Positions 1 through 9,427 are shown, counted from the first letter of the stretch. The stretch: 64,000 nt of DNA from an uncultured delta proteobacterium (GCA_963787125.1 CAWBBV010000012.1:256001-320000); one strand, 5' to 3'. Translations and numbers: made by a program. Notes: generated by a model not told the origin, from the sequence alone.

Positions 1-1037
1 AGAAACTCGAACAGCTGGTTGCGGTTCCGCTTGATCTTGTGGAACTCAGCCCAGAGTTCGTCGAGAAAAAGCGGGTGAATCAGCTTGAGGATGTTGGTTT
101 CGCTGGTGTAATGCGCCCCCAGGTTGCGCCGGGCCGTGGTATCCATGATGCTTTGGAAGAGCGAACCAAAAATGGCCGGGCTGATGCGGCTCCAGTCAAG
201 GGCGCAGCAGTCCAGCAGGGTTTCGCGCATGGTCTTGTCGCAAGCGGTTATGGGGAGAACTTCGCTGAAGAGCTGACCGTTGACATAAGGGAACGTTGCC
301 AGCTGCTCGTCCAGATTCTTGAGGCGCTTTTCCGGCGGCGTGTCAAGTATCTGGAAGAGCTGGGCCAGATGCATGCCTAAGTCCGAACCGTCTTCACTCG
401 TGCGCTGTTCAAGGTAATCCTGAAAGAGGCGGCGCTCGAACAGGGCGGTATCTTCGGCAAAGAGGCAAAACAGGAGCCGCACCAGCATGACTTCCAGCGG
501 GTGGCCGTCGTAGCCGGTAACTTTGAACTGGTCATGTAGTTTGCCAAGTTTGTCGGCAGCCTGCAAGTTAACCGGGTCCTGCTGGCCGAATGAGCGTGTC
601 TGATAACCGGCGATAAAGCCGAACAACCGCACATGTTTGGCAAGTTCTGCCAGGGTGAAATCGTGCTGTTCGTTGTTGTCCAGATCATGGAGGCGAAAGC
701 GGGCGAAGTCTGAAACCAATACATAGCGCGGTAAATCGCGCTCTTTGAGGCCGGGGAAGTAGTCAAACGCCTGGCGGGCGGCGCGGTCCAGATCCTTGCC
801 GCGGGATTTGTGCTCGACCAGCAGCACCCCTTTCCAGAGAAGATCGATGAATCCGCCATGCCCGTCCCCCTTCTTGACCGGCGCTTCAAACGAAGCGACC
901 CGGCGGCGGGTTATGCCGAAAACATTGAAAAAGCCGTCCCAGAAGCTCTTTGCCTCGGCATCTTCCGAGCTTTCAGTGGCCCATTCGCGGCTGAAGACCA
1001 TGGCACGATCACGTATTTCATTCCAGGAGATAGGCAT
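1..1037 (-). CDS. MmeI-like type IIL restriction-modification enzyme (endonuclease/methyltransferase), 5' part, runs off window edge
   Basis: Not in ORF track (open to edge). Manual translation from ATG at 1037 (RBS AAGGA): MPISWNEIRDRAMVFSREW...FIDLLWKGVLLVEHKSRG (PD-ExK)...LDWSRISPAIFGSLFQS...RRNLGAHYTSETNILKLIHPLFLDEL, typical of the MmeI/YeeA family. Confidence 0.88.
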   Translation of the reverse strand, partial: MPISWNEIRDRAMVFSREWATESSEDAEAKSFWDGFFNVFGITRRRVASFEAPVKKGDGHGGFIDLLWKGVLLVEHKSRGKDLDRAARQAFDYFPGLKERDLPRYVLVSDFARFRLHDLDNNEQHDFTLAELAKHVRLFGFIAGYQTRSFGQQDPVNLQAADKLGKLHDQFKVTGYDGHPLEVMLVRLLFCLFAEDTALFERRLFQDYLEQRTSEDGSDLGMHLAQLFQILDTPPEKRLKNLDEQLATFPYVNGQLFSEVLPITACDKTMRETLLDCCALDWSRISPAIFGSLFQSIMDTTARRNLGAHYTSETNILKLIHPLFLDELWAEFHKIKRNRNQLFEF

Positions 1038-1210
1038 TGTTTATCCTTTTATGTTCGGGCTAACCGCATTAATACTTTTAATACTGCCAGAATGATTAAC
1101 AAATCCAAAAGTTCTGCGCGCCGAACTTTTACTACTTGGCTGATATCATTACAAATATTTTCAAATATTTCTGACATTTCAGCACATATTCTCATAAGGA
1201 CGCAATCTAC

Positions 1211-1975
1211 TTACCCTTTAACCAGTTTCAATTGCTGGTAGGCAAGACTGCGCAGCTTGGTCAGTTCCGGCACAAAGGCCGCTTTAACTTCAGGTGCCGC
1301 CGTCCCCAATGCCGCCAGATCAAGCCGTTCGCAGAATGCGGCAACTTCTTCCGGCGACAAGGGTGTCTTCGGTGCTTTCGGTTTGGCTGGTTTCGGAATG
1401 ATTTCACCCCGAGTCAAGCCGCTTTCCTTATATTTCTGGTAGAGAGCAATCATCTTTTCCGGAGTTTTCTGTCTGGCAATGACCGCCAAAATTCTCCTGG
1501 CTGATTTGGGATCGTTGCGGCAATCGTCTTTCACTGCGGCTGGCAGTCGATTGAGAGAAAGAATTTCCGAGATGGACGGTTCTGATTTGCCGAGGATGGC
1601 AGCCACTTCCACTTGACCATAATCATGCACCGACCGCAGCCGCTCAATCGCCTCAGCCTCTTCAATGGCCGTCAAGTTCTCCCGCAGCAGATTCTCGATA
1701 ATGGAAATTTCCGCCGGTTCTCCGTCGGTAAGGATAGCCGGGACGTTTTCCAGCCCGGCATTGCGGGCAGCCTGATAACGCCGTTCGCCGGAGACTATGA
1801 TGAACTTGCCACCCTCCCCTTCCCGCACCAGAATCGGCTGCAGTATCCCGTGGCTGGCGATGGACGCTTGCAATTCACCCAGCGCCTGCTCATCAAAGAA
1901 TTTGCGAGGCTGATCGGGATCGGGAATCAACTTGGCGATGCTCAATTGGTACAGTTTCCCCTTTTCATAGGTCAT
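1211..1975 (-). CDS. parB: ParB/Spo0J-family protein (no parA adjacent)
   Basis: PDPDQPRKFF, GILQPILVR, VSGERRYQA (GxRR CTPase motif), ENLLRENL, HTH region; RBS AAGGAG. Confidence 0.88.
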   Translation of the reverse strand: MTYEKGKLYQLSIAKLIPDPDQPRKFFDEQALGELQASIASHGILQPILVREGEGGKFIIVSGERRYQAARNAGLENVPAILTDGEPAEISIIENLLRENLTAIEEAEAIERLRSVHDYGQVEVAAILGKSEPSISEILSLNRLPAAVKDDCRNDPKSARRILAVIARQKTPEKMIALYQKYKESGLTRGEIIPKPAKPKAPKTPLSPEEVAAFCERLDLAALGTAAPEVKAAFVPELTKLRSLAYQQLKLVKG

Positions 1976-2061
1976 ATCCGGCTCCTTGGAATTAGCTAAA
2001 AAATTGTTGGCTTAGATTAATCGACATTCTTGCCGGTGTATAGTGTAAATGCACCGCTGGA

Positions 2062-2070
2062 TGGTATAAT
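2062..2070 (+). promoter_or_regulatory. Extended -10 element (TGgTATAAT) upstream of hydrogenase operon
   Basis: Perfect TGnTATAAT about 40 bp upstream of ATG 2109; no clear -35. Confidence 0.45.
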
Positions 2071-2108
2071 CAAAGCGGCTGTTACGTTTGCAGGAAAGGT
2101 GATAATCG

Positions 2109-3098
2109 ATGGTTGTCCGCTTCATTTCACATGTCAATCTGGAGATTATGCTGGAGCGGTTGCGGCAGTACGGAGAGCTGCATGGTCCTGTGCGTGGCGA
2201 AGACGGCGTTGTTCGTTTTGCTCCTTTGACAAAAGGGACAATTCCCGATCTTGCCGCTGTCCGAACCCGTCTGCCGCCAAAAAAATATCTCCTACACCCC
2301 CAGGAAACCATCCTGAAGTACACGGCTAATGCAGGCTATCAGCTGCCCTGTGTGGAGACCAGGCCGATCATTCTGTTCGGCGTTCATCCTTGTGATCTGG
2401 CGGGAATCAACTATCTTGATCAGCTTTATCTCGGTAGTGATCCTGATCCTGCCTACGCCAGACGGCGCGTTGCCCTGACTTTGATCGGCACTTCCTGCGA
2501 GTCTGATCACTTTTGCTCCTGCCAGACCAGCCCCTCTCCACTGGTAGCAACTTCAGATCTGTTTCTTGTTATGCTGCAGGACGGTTTCGCCGTTACCAGC
2601 GCTTCTCTGCGTGGAGAAGTTCTTCTGGAGGGGATGGCCGGGATTATTGTGGAGCGTGATCTCGACATCCCGGAAGATAACCGCCGTTTTTTTGGTCTCA
2701 ATGCTGCTGAACAGACAAATCCTGAGTTTAACCCGGACGCCGGTGAGTGGCAGGAGCTTGCCGCCCACTGCCTTGGCTGTGGCGCCTGTTCTGTCTCCTG
2801 TCCGACCTGCGCCTGCTTCGATGTTCTGGAGTCAGGAGGACTTGACGGCTGCTCCGCAGAGAGGATCAGGCGCTGGGACAACTGCCTGTTCAGTAGCCAT
2901 GCTCAAGTTGCCGGAGGCATGAGTTTCTGCAAAGACCTGTCTGAGCGGTTCCGCTACCGCTACCGGCATAAATTTATTGGTTTCGGGGCACTCCGGGGTA
3001 TTCCAGGTTGCGTCGGCTGCGGCCGCTGCCTGGAGCAGTGTCCATCCGGAATCGACCTGCGATATTTGGCAGAGCAGCAGAAAAGGGGGATGTCATGA
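2109..3098 (+). CDS. Group 3b [NiFe] (sulf)hydrogenase beta subunit, 4Fe-4S dicluster (HydB/AsrA-like)
   Basis: FGVHPCDL, CLGCGACSVSCPTCAC, CVGCGRCLEQCP; first gene of a coupled four-gene operon. Confidence 0.88.
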   Translation: MVVRFISHVNLEIMLERLRQYGELHGPVRGEDGVVRFAPLTKGTIPDLAAVRTRLPPKKYLLHPQETILKYTANAGYQLPCVETRPIILFGVHPCDLAGINYLDQLYLGSDPDPAYARRRVALTLIGTSCESDHFCSCQTSPSPLVATSDLFLVMLQDGFAVTSASLRGEVLLEGMAGIIVERDLDIPEDNRRFFGLNAAEQTNPEFNPDAGEWQELAAHCLGCGACSVSCPTCACFDVLESGGLDGCSAERIRRWDNCLFSSHAQVAGGMSFCKDLSERFRYRYRHKFIGFGALRGIPGCVGCGRCLEQCPSGIDLRYLAEQQKRGMS

Positions 3099-3931
3099 AG
3101 AGTGTCTTCCCGCTTGCGGCAATCATCGCGGCATCGAGGCCACTTAATCCGGATACATCTCTGTTTACGCTCCGGATGGATGGGTGCCACCCTGTCGCAG
3201 CAGAATTTCTTCCCGGTCAGTTTCTGGAGCTGTCACTGCCCGGAGTCGGTGAGATCCCGGTTTCATATTGTGGTTCGCCCTCCATAGATGGCAGCATCGA
3301 GCTTTGCATCCGCCATGTCGGCCATGTTACCAAGCCACTGCAAACTGCGGTTGCCGGTGATGTTGTCGGCGTGCGTGGTCCCTTGGGTAAAGGATTCCCC
3401 CTTGGCGCCTACACCGGCATGGATCTGCTCCTGATCGCCGGCGGTCTGGGGATGGCGCCGCTACGGTCACTACTGCAAGCTCTTTTGAAACGGCGTGAAA
3501 CATACGGCAGTTTGACTCTCCTCTACGGCTGCCGTGATCCTGAAGCAATGCTCTTTCCGGACGAGCTGCTGGAGCTGGAAAAGCGCGGGGATATCGACGT
3601 TAAAGTGGCAGTTGATCACCGTGACCACTGCCTTAATGGCCCATCCGGTTGCCGGGTTGCGCTGCTGCCTGAGCTGTTGGCTGATCTGGTAATAGCTCCA
3701 AAGAGGACCTTCGCAGCGATCTGTGGACCGCCGGCAGTCTATCCGCTGCTGCTAGCGGGCTTGAATCGTTTAGGGCTGGAACCTGACAGGATTCATCTCT
3801 CGCTTGAGCGGCGGATGAAGTGTGGAGTCGGCCGCTGTGGTCACTGTGCCGTCGGGCAGCTGCTCTGCTGTGTCGATGGTCCGGTCTTCAGTGCTGCCGA
3901 ACTTGAAGATATAGAGGGGGCTCTGACTTGA
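3095..3931 (+). CDS. Group 3b hydrogenase gamma subunit, FAD/NAD(P)-binding 2Fe-2S (HydG/AsrB-like)
   Basis: ATG 3095 overlaps previous stop (ATGA); PGQF, RGPLGKGF, IAGGLGMAPL, CGPP, ERRMKCGVGRCGHC..CVDGPVF. Confidence 0.9.
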   Translation: MKSVFPLAAIIAASRPLNPDTSLFTLRMDGCHPVAAEFLPGQFLELSLPGVGEIPVSYCGSPSIDGSIELCIRHVGHVTKPLQTAVAGDVVGVRGPLGKGFPLGAYTGMDLLLIAGGLGMAPLRSLLQALLKRRETYGSLTLLYGCRDPEAMLFPDELLELEKRGDIDVKVAVDHRDHCLNGPSGCRVALLPELLADLVIAPKRTFAAICGPPAVYPLLLAGLNRLGLEPDRIHLSLERRMKCGVGRCGHCAVGQLLCCVDGPVFSAAELEDIEGALT

Positions 3932-4674
3932 AAAAAAAACGGCTTGCCATCGCAGGATTGACCTCCTGTTCCGGGTGTCAGCTGGCTTTGCTGAATTGTG
4001 AAGACGAGCTCCCGGAAATATTAGCTCAGTTTGACTGTCACTTCTTCCCTATGGCCTCTTCACCGGCGCTGTTGACCGGTGAATATGACGCAGCCCTGGT
4101 AGAGGGCTGTCTGTCGATGCCTCATGAAAATGAGCTGCTTGTGGAGCTGCGCAAGGTGAGCAGGTATCTGATTGCGCTGGGAACGTGTGCGGTCAGCGGC
4201 GGAGTTGCAGCTCTTCGCAATGGTGAGGAGCGCGAACTTCTCCGCCAACAGGTATATGGACAGAATCCGGTTGCCGGTGAAACTTTTTCACCCATGCCGT
4301 TGCAGCGGCTGGTCCGGGTGGATGCGGCTGTCAGCGGCTGCCCGCCGGAGAAGGAGGAGTTGCTCAAGCTGTTGGCAGGGCTGCTGCGCGGTGCACTGCC
4401 GGTTGCGATAGATTATCCGGTCTGCATGGAATGCCGGATGAGGGAGAACCTCTGCCTGTTGACAGAGCGTGACTCACTCTGCCTCGGTCCTTTAACTCTT
4501 GGCGGCTGCAACGCGCGCTGTCCGAGCCTGTCCGTTCCTTGTGAAGGTTGCCGGGGGCCGTTTCTGGAGGCTAATCCAGCCGAAGCATTTGCACAGTACG
4601 CAAAGAAAGGTTTCGACCGCAGAACTGTTATCGGGCGATTACACCGCTTTTCTCCGGAGTGGAAAGATGAGTAG
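3928..4674 (+). CDS. Group 3b hydrogenase small (delta) subunit
   Basis: TTG start overlapping stop; CSGC, VEG, GTCAVSGG, GCPP, C-terminal CMEC..CLGP..GCNARCP..CEGCRG. Confidence 0.88.
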   Translation: MKKKRLAIAGLTSCSGCQLALLNCEDELPEILAQFDCHFFPMASSPALLTGEYDAALVEGCLSMPHENELLVELRKVSRYLIALGTCAVSGGVAALRNGEERELLRQQVYGQNPVAGETFSPMPLQRLVRVDAAVSGCPPEKEELLKLLAGLLRGALPVAIDYPVCMECRMRENLCLLTERDSLCLGPLTLGGCNARCPSLSVPCEGCRGPFLEANPAEAFAQYAKKGFDRRTVIGRLHRFSPEWKDE

Positions 4675-5902
4675 CGTCATCAGGATCGATCAATTGACCA
4701 GGGTGGAGGGGCATGGTTCAGTGGAGCTGGTCCGTTCCGGGAAGCGGGTGGTGGCGGCCAGGCTGAAGCTGCACGAATCGCCCAGGCTGTTTGAAGCTCT
4801 CCTGATCGGGAGACGTTTTGATGAAATTGGCGACATTGCCTGCCGCATCTGCTCAATCTGCTCCACCGTTCACAAAGTAGCGGCACTGCAGGCGGTTGAG
4901 GAGGCTATGGGACTTGTCATAACTGAGCAGACCAGGTTGCTGCGGGAGTTGGCGGTACAGGGTGGGCAGATAGAAAGTCATGCCCTGTACATTTTCTGTC
5001 TGGCACTGCCTGATTATCTTGGGGTGAGCGGTATTCAGGAACTCGCACAAAAGGAACCGGAAAAACTGCAGAGAGGATTAAAGATTAAAAAAACCGGCAA
5101 TCTGATTCAGGAGATTGTCGGCGGTCGTGCCATTCACCCGTTCAATCTCCTGATTGGAGGAATCGGCCGAGTACCAGAGGCGGAGCAGTTGCAGGAGCTG
5201 GGAAGGCAACTGGCGGCGCTGCGTGAAGATGTGACAATATCCATTGCCGAAGTATTCGGCTTTAAGGATATTCTCCCTACACTGACACCAGCAGCTTCCT
5301 GTTGCGTTACCGGCGGCTCGCCCCTCTTTGGCGACCGTCTGCTAACCTCGACCGGGGAGACTGTTTCCGCTCAGGGCGCCGCGGTCTGGCTGAATGAAAG
5401 GGTTGAACTTCACAGCCACGCAAAAATCAGTCATTTTGGCGGAGGCAGACCGTTCACAGTCGGGCCATTGGCACGGATCATGGCATCTATGCCGGCTGAA
5501 TACGGACCAGCTTTCGCAGATGCTACCATCAGCTTTTCGCTCAGGGCGAGAGTTATTGAGCTGGAACTGGCTTTGGAGCGGGCAACGATCCTGATTGAAT
5601 TACTGCTTGCAGAAGGGCTCGGGAAAGAAGCGCCGGTGATGGCAGTTGCTACAAAGGGTGAAGGGACAGCTCTGCTGGAAGCACCGCGAGGGGTACTCCT
5701 CCATAACTACCGTTTCGACGAGTGCGGCATCTGTATTGCTGCGAATATCATAACGCCAACGGCAATCAATCAAGGCGCGATTGTTGCCTCATTGGACGAA
5801 CTGGTAGCCGTTATGGATGGCGCAGAATACAAGCAGGTCAAGTTCGCTGCTGAAATTCTGATTCGCTGCTATGACCCCTGTTTATCCTGTGCTGTCCATT
5901 AA
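4667..5902 (+). CDS. Group 3b [NiFe] hydrogenase large (alpha) subunit
   Basis: ATG 4667; RVEGHG, L1 RICSIC, GGRAIHP, EAPRG, L2 DPCLSCAVH at the very C-terminus. Confidence 0.92.
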   Translation: MSSVIRIDQLTRVEGHGSVELVRSGKRVVAARLKLHESPRLFEALLIGRRFDEIGDIACRICSICSTVHKVAALQAVEEAMGLVITEQTRLLRELAVQGGQIESHALYIFCLALPDYLGVSGIQELAQKEPEKLQRGLKIKKTGNLIQEIVGGRAIHPFNLLIGGIGRVPEAEQLQELGRQLAALREDVTISIAEVFGFKDILPTLTPAASCCVTGGSPLFGDRLLTSTGETVSAQGAAVWLNERVELHSHAKISHFGGGRPFTVGPLARIMASMPAEYGPAFADATISFSLRARVIELELALERATILIELLLAEGLGKEAPVMAVATKGEGTALLEAPRGVLLHNYRFDECGICIAANIITPTAINQGAIVASLDELVAVMDGAEYKQVKFAAEILIRCYDPCLSCAVH

Positions 5903-5966
5903 CAGCTTCGAAGACAACAGAGGCTAACAATCTGATCGTAGCGTAAATTGATTACATGCCACGACA

Positions 5967-6940
5967 TCAGTTCCAACTGTCAGAACCGTAGGGTAAAGGA
6001 CTGTTCCGGTCAGCAATCCATGTGGCAATGTCAGCCAGGGGCTTATCACCCTGCAAATCTCTGAGGAGCATATGATAACCGTGCTCATAGAAGGCCTTGC
6101 GAGTCGTCTTTTGCATCTTGTTGAGCATCAGTAAAGTCGGTTCCCTGGGAATAATCTGATCATTCTTACCGTATTGAACCAGGGTGGGTAACTTCAGTTT
6201 TTCTGCCCCGGATAAAGCTTCATCCATTAAATTGGTAAGTCCGTATAGCGTGTCAATGCGGGTAGACTTAATAACCTGCGGATCACGACTCAAAGCCCGG
6301 CGCATCTCAAGATTGTCGGATGGTTTGATATTCAAACCTTTCCCGGTCACCTCCATCCACGGTAAAGTGTGAGAACCGACGGCCAACAGCCATCTTTGAT
6401 ACCAAGGCATCGTTTCACGCCCCCATACTGCCGGAGCAACCAGTATGACGCCGTTAATATCCGGTGGATTTCTGCTGGTCGCGGCAACCATGGTCACAGA
6501 TCCCCCATACTCTCCCCAAGGACGTACAGCGGAACCTGTGGGTAGCGCTTGCGAATCTCTTTCACAAAACTGGTAAGGTCGTTCGTGTAAGCATCGATAC
6601 CTGCCCAGATCCCACGGCCCGGAGAGCTGCCAAAACCCCGCTGGTCATACGCGTAGCAGGCAATACCATAACGGCTCAGATAGTTGCCGGTAGAAGTGAA
6701 GCAGTTGCTGTAATCGTTAAAACCATGCAGAGCGATTATGACTGCTTTGACCTGATTGTTCTCTGGTAGCCAGGATCGTAGCGGCAACACCGTTCCGTCA
6801 TCGGCCACAAAATGTGTTTTTTCAAGTTTAGGCTGAGCAATCCGCTTGCCGGGATGATTTATCAGTGGCGAACATGCGGAAATGAGCATCAACATTGCTG
6901 CTGCCAGCCAGAGTAGAAATCGTGGTTTAATACCCGTCAT
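5967..6940 (-). pseudogene. Lipoprotein alpha/beta hydrolase (lysophospholipase/monoacylglycerol lipase-like), frameshifted at 6502-6506
   Basis: ORF 6494..6940 (lipobox LISAC, HGFND, DQRGFG, GESMG) and ORF 5967..6497 (GKNDQIIP, GYHML) join into one gene if one G is added to ATGGGGGA to read M-G-G-S-V-T. Confidence 0.8.
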
Positions 6941-6946
6941 AACCGC

Positions 6947-8692
6947 TTATCTCCAGACCGGCTCTTGCATGGACGGTAAATGCCGCCATCCTTCTTTACT
7001 CCCGGAGGCTTGCGCCTTCTCGAGCGCGAGGGCGGCGCTGTTTTTTTCGCAGAATGAACTAGGTTCATAGCTGAATCCTGCTGCCGTACGCTCTTCCTCT
7101 TTTTTCAAACACCGCAAGACATATAGACCGATAAGCGGCGCAAGGAGACGCGTACTCCAGCCAAAAGCTGCATATATATCAGCAAGAAGTTTTTCCGTAC
7201 GCTCCCTGAGCTGCTGATCATTGCGATAGTATTTCCCCATGGCCCAGACTGCCCCGGCATAGGTAGAACGGAGCGGTGCAGCTTCCCATTCAAATCGCTT
7301 CTGTATTCTCCCGGAATAGAGCTTGCGACTCTGCCAACCGTTCAGCAGAACCCGGATCAAGCGAAGGAGGCTTGGGCCGTTAACGTCAAAGTCTCTTTTA
7401 AAGGCGTTTAGCAGAAATTCACCTTCCTCCCCGTTGCCAAAATGCGGATGGCGATAATTAAAGCGATACTGTCCGTGAGCATCGGCTACCGGAAACTCGG
7501 ACTCGGACAGCAGATTACCCTCACGTTGGTGCTGTTCATGGAGCGGTGTTCCGGGAATTGGTGTATAAAGCATGAACTGGTGAAAAACCGTATCGTGACT
7601 GACAGCATAATCTATAATCGCACCAAGATTCTCGGGCCGATGATCTTCCAGTCCCAGAATTGAAGAGCCAAGCACCCGGATTCCGTTTACCTGCAGATGT
7701 GTAACTAACGCCAGGGTATCGACCCCCTTGAGTTTGTCGTAAGCGCTCTCCTCCCCTTCAAGACCCATCCAGACGAAACCGACACCAAGTCCCAGAAGCT
7801 GCTCCATGGTATATGATTTCAGTACTCTGGCCGAGCTGAATACAGACAGTGCCCAACTCTTGCCATGCAATTCCATCAGCTCAAGCAGCCGCAGCGCTCT
7901 TTTCCGATGGAGCAGGAAATTCTCGTCGAGAACAAAGAAAGAGTGAACTTTCAACTCCTTCTCAATATCGCACATGACACTGAAGAGTTCATCGCCGGTT
8001 TCATAAAAATTGACAAATTTTCCTTTGCCACCGAACTGAGCCGAGGTGGAGCAGAAATTACACCCCATGGGGCAACCTACCGAAGGAATCAGAATTGCAG
8101 CTGTCCGCATGGGATCATCGCTGATATCCACACCCATTATTCTGCTGCCGAATCCGGAAAGCACCGCTGGATGCTTTATCGGTGCCTGGTCATCCTGGCT
8201 CAAGTAACGTTGGAACCAGCGTATCCCCTCTCCGCGGACGATGAGGTCGGCATCAATCAACTGATCAAGCCGCTCCTTATTGGCGATATGTCCACCGATG
8301 ACAATCGTAGCCCGTGGCTGATACTGGCGGATCAGCTCGCACATTTTTGCGACTTTACCGACATTGACAATAATACCGCTGATGCCGATGACATCGTAAC
8401 TCTGGCAACTGATTTCTGCCTCGAAACGTTCCAGGGTCGGAAAGTCCAGAAGCGTACAAGGGACATCAAGATTGGCCTGAATCATCATCAGTCCGAAGGA
8501 GCGATGAAACATCCTCAGGGAGAACCCTCCCTGAAGGCGAGTGACCTGATTCTGGTACAGCTCCATCGGGTTGTTTTTACGGCTGCCATACTGATCGTCC
8601 TGACCGTAAGGGCCAAAGACACTTGACAACAGGACACGGGTTTTATTTGCCAGAGGATGGCGAGGATGATCGACGGGGGGGTGTTGCGGCAT
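6947..8692 (-). CDS. B12-binding domain radical SAM protein
   Basis: N-terminal cobalamin-binding-like segment (YDVIGISG, IVIGGH), CPMGCNFC, LDENF, MGLEG, TPIPGTPL; RBS AAGGAG. Confidence 0.88.
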   Translation of the reverse strand: MPQHPPVDHPRHPLANKTRVLLSSVFGPYGQDDQYGSRKNNPMELYQNQVTRLQGGFSLRMFHRSFGLMMIQANLDVPCTLLDFPTLERFEAEISCQSYDVIGISGIIVNVGKVAKMCELIRQYQPRATIVIGGHIANKERLDQLIDADLIVRGEGIRWFQRYLSQDDQAPIKHPAVLSGFGSRIMGVDISDDPMRTAAILIPSVGCPMGCNFCSTSAQFGGKGKFVNFYETGDELFSVMCDIEKELKVHSFFVLDENFLLHRKRALRLLELMELHGKSWALSVFSSARVLKSYTMEQLLGLGVGFVWMGLEGEESAYDKLKGVDTLALVTHLQVNGIRVLGSSILGLEDHRPENLGAIIDYAVSHDTVFHQFMLYTPIPGTPLHEQHQREGNLLSESEFPVADAHGQYRFNYRHPHFGNGEEGEFLLNAFKRDFDVNGPSLLRLIRVLLNGWQSRKLYSGRIQKRFEWEAAPLRSTYAGAVWAMGKYYRNDQQLRERTEKLLADIYAAFGWSTRLLAPLIGLYVLRCLKKEEERTAAGFSYEPSSFCEKNSAALALEKAQASGSKEGWRHLPSMQEPVWR

Positions 8693-8893
8693 GACTCTCT
8701 CCTTGAAGGGTTGTGCAGCTTTGTTTCTATCATTGTATAGAAAACTGATAGAAATAGAGAGGGCTAACCACCTGTTTTACAATACTTTTACAATAGGCAA
8801 TTACAAGGAATCGGCGCGGGGAACTGCAATATAGCGGTAATGAATGGATATGAGCACTTTGAATCATCTTTGAATAATTGCTCATTCGTGAAT

Positions 8894-8922
8894 AAAAAAA
8901 GCTCCGAAGTTATCCGGAGCTT
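8894..8922 (-). terminator. Rho-independent terminator-like hairpin
   Basis: Minus strand AAGCTCCG-gataactt-CGGAGCTT followed by further Ts (T7 run in total). Confidence 0.65.
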
Positions 8923-8930
8923 AAAAAAAT

Positions 8931-9084
8931 ACGCTGATTGACGCAACGTCGAGAATCTTTCTTCCAATCCGTCGGTGAGCTGGCTACTTAGTTTGTATGT
9001 CAGACCCTTTTTGAAGCGGTTTACATACGCCTGGCGGATGTGACTACAAGCCATCGCTCTGATCTCACGTGCGTCAATCAACGT
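8931..9084. ncRNA. Candidate structured non-coding element (nested stems plus possible pseudoknot); family not recognised
   Basis: Complementary segments 8931-8957/9061-9084, 8977-8992/9043-9059, 8995-9006/9018-9028 and 8967-8975/9031-9039. Confidence 0.45.
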
Positions 9085-9427
9085 TATGCCCTGGAATTAA
9101 TTTAATTGTCGAAGTCACTACCCATTATAACAATATCCTCCGGGAATACGCTTCAGGCTTCCCACTGACAGTGCGGGCATGCACACCACGTCTATAACCC
9201 GGCAAATGCTTCTATGTTGTTGGTAGCTGACACAGCAACTATTGAGTGATTCCAAGTGCATATTTTCAAAGATCAATTTTATATATTATATAACGCTAAT
9301 CTATCAAATTGTCAAGGGAGCGAATAAGATAATATTAATAATGTATTTGATCTGCGTTAAGCACCGACTCCTGCAGTAACAAATATAAACCGAGTAATTG
9401 AATGTCTGTTTGCAGAAAACTTTGAGC

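Noticed and set aside
39..1241. Track ORFs 39..380, 377..889, 796..1095 and 810..1241
   Set aside because: Antisense or off-frame shadows of the MmeI-like gene, which the track missed because it runs off the edge.
8788..9081. 97-aa minus-strand ORF
   Set aside because: TTG start without RBS, no recognisable motif, and it runs through the structured element and terminator.
8931..9089. Integron attC site or retron msr-msd interpretation of the structured element
   Set aside because: GTTATGC at the right end and bulged bases are attC-like, but the left end lacks RYYYAAC and there is no unpaired central spacer; no integrase or reverse transcriptase in the window.
9118..9261. 47-aa minus-strand ORF and a weak hairpin (CCGGG...CCCGG) with cobalamin-riboswitch-like words
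   Set aside because: No RBS or motif; riboswitch core elements are incomplete.
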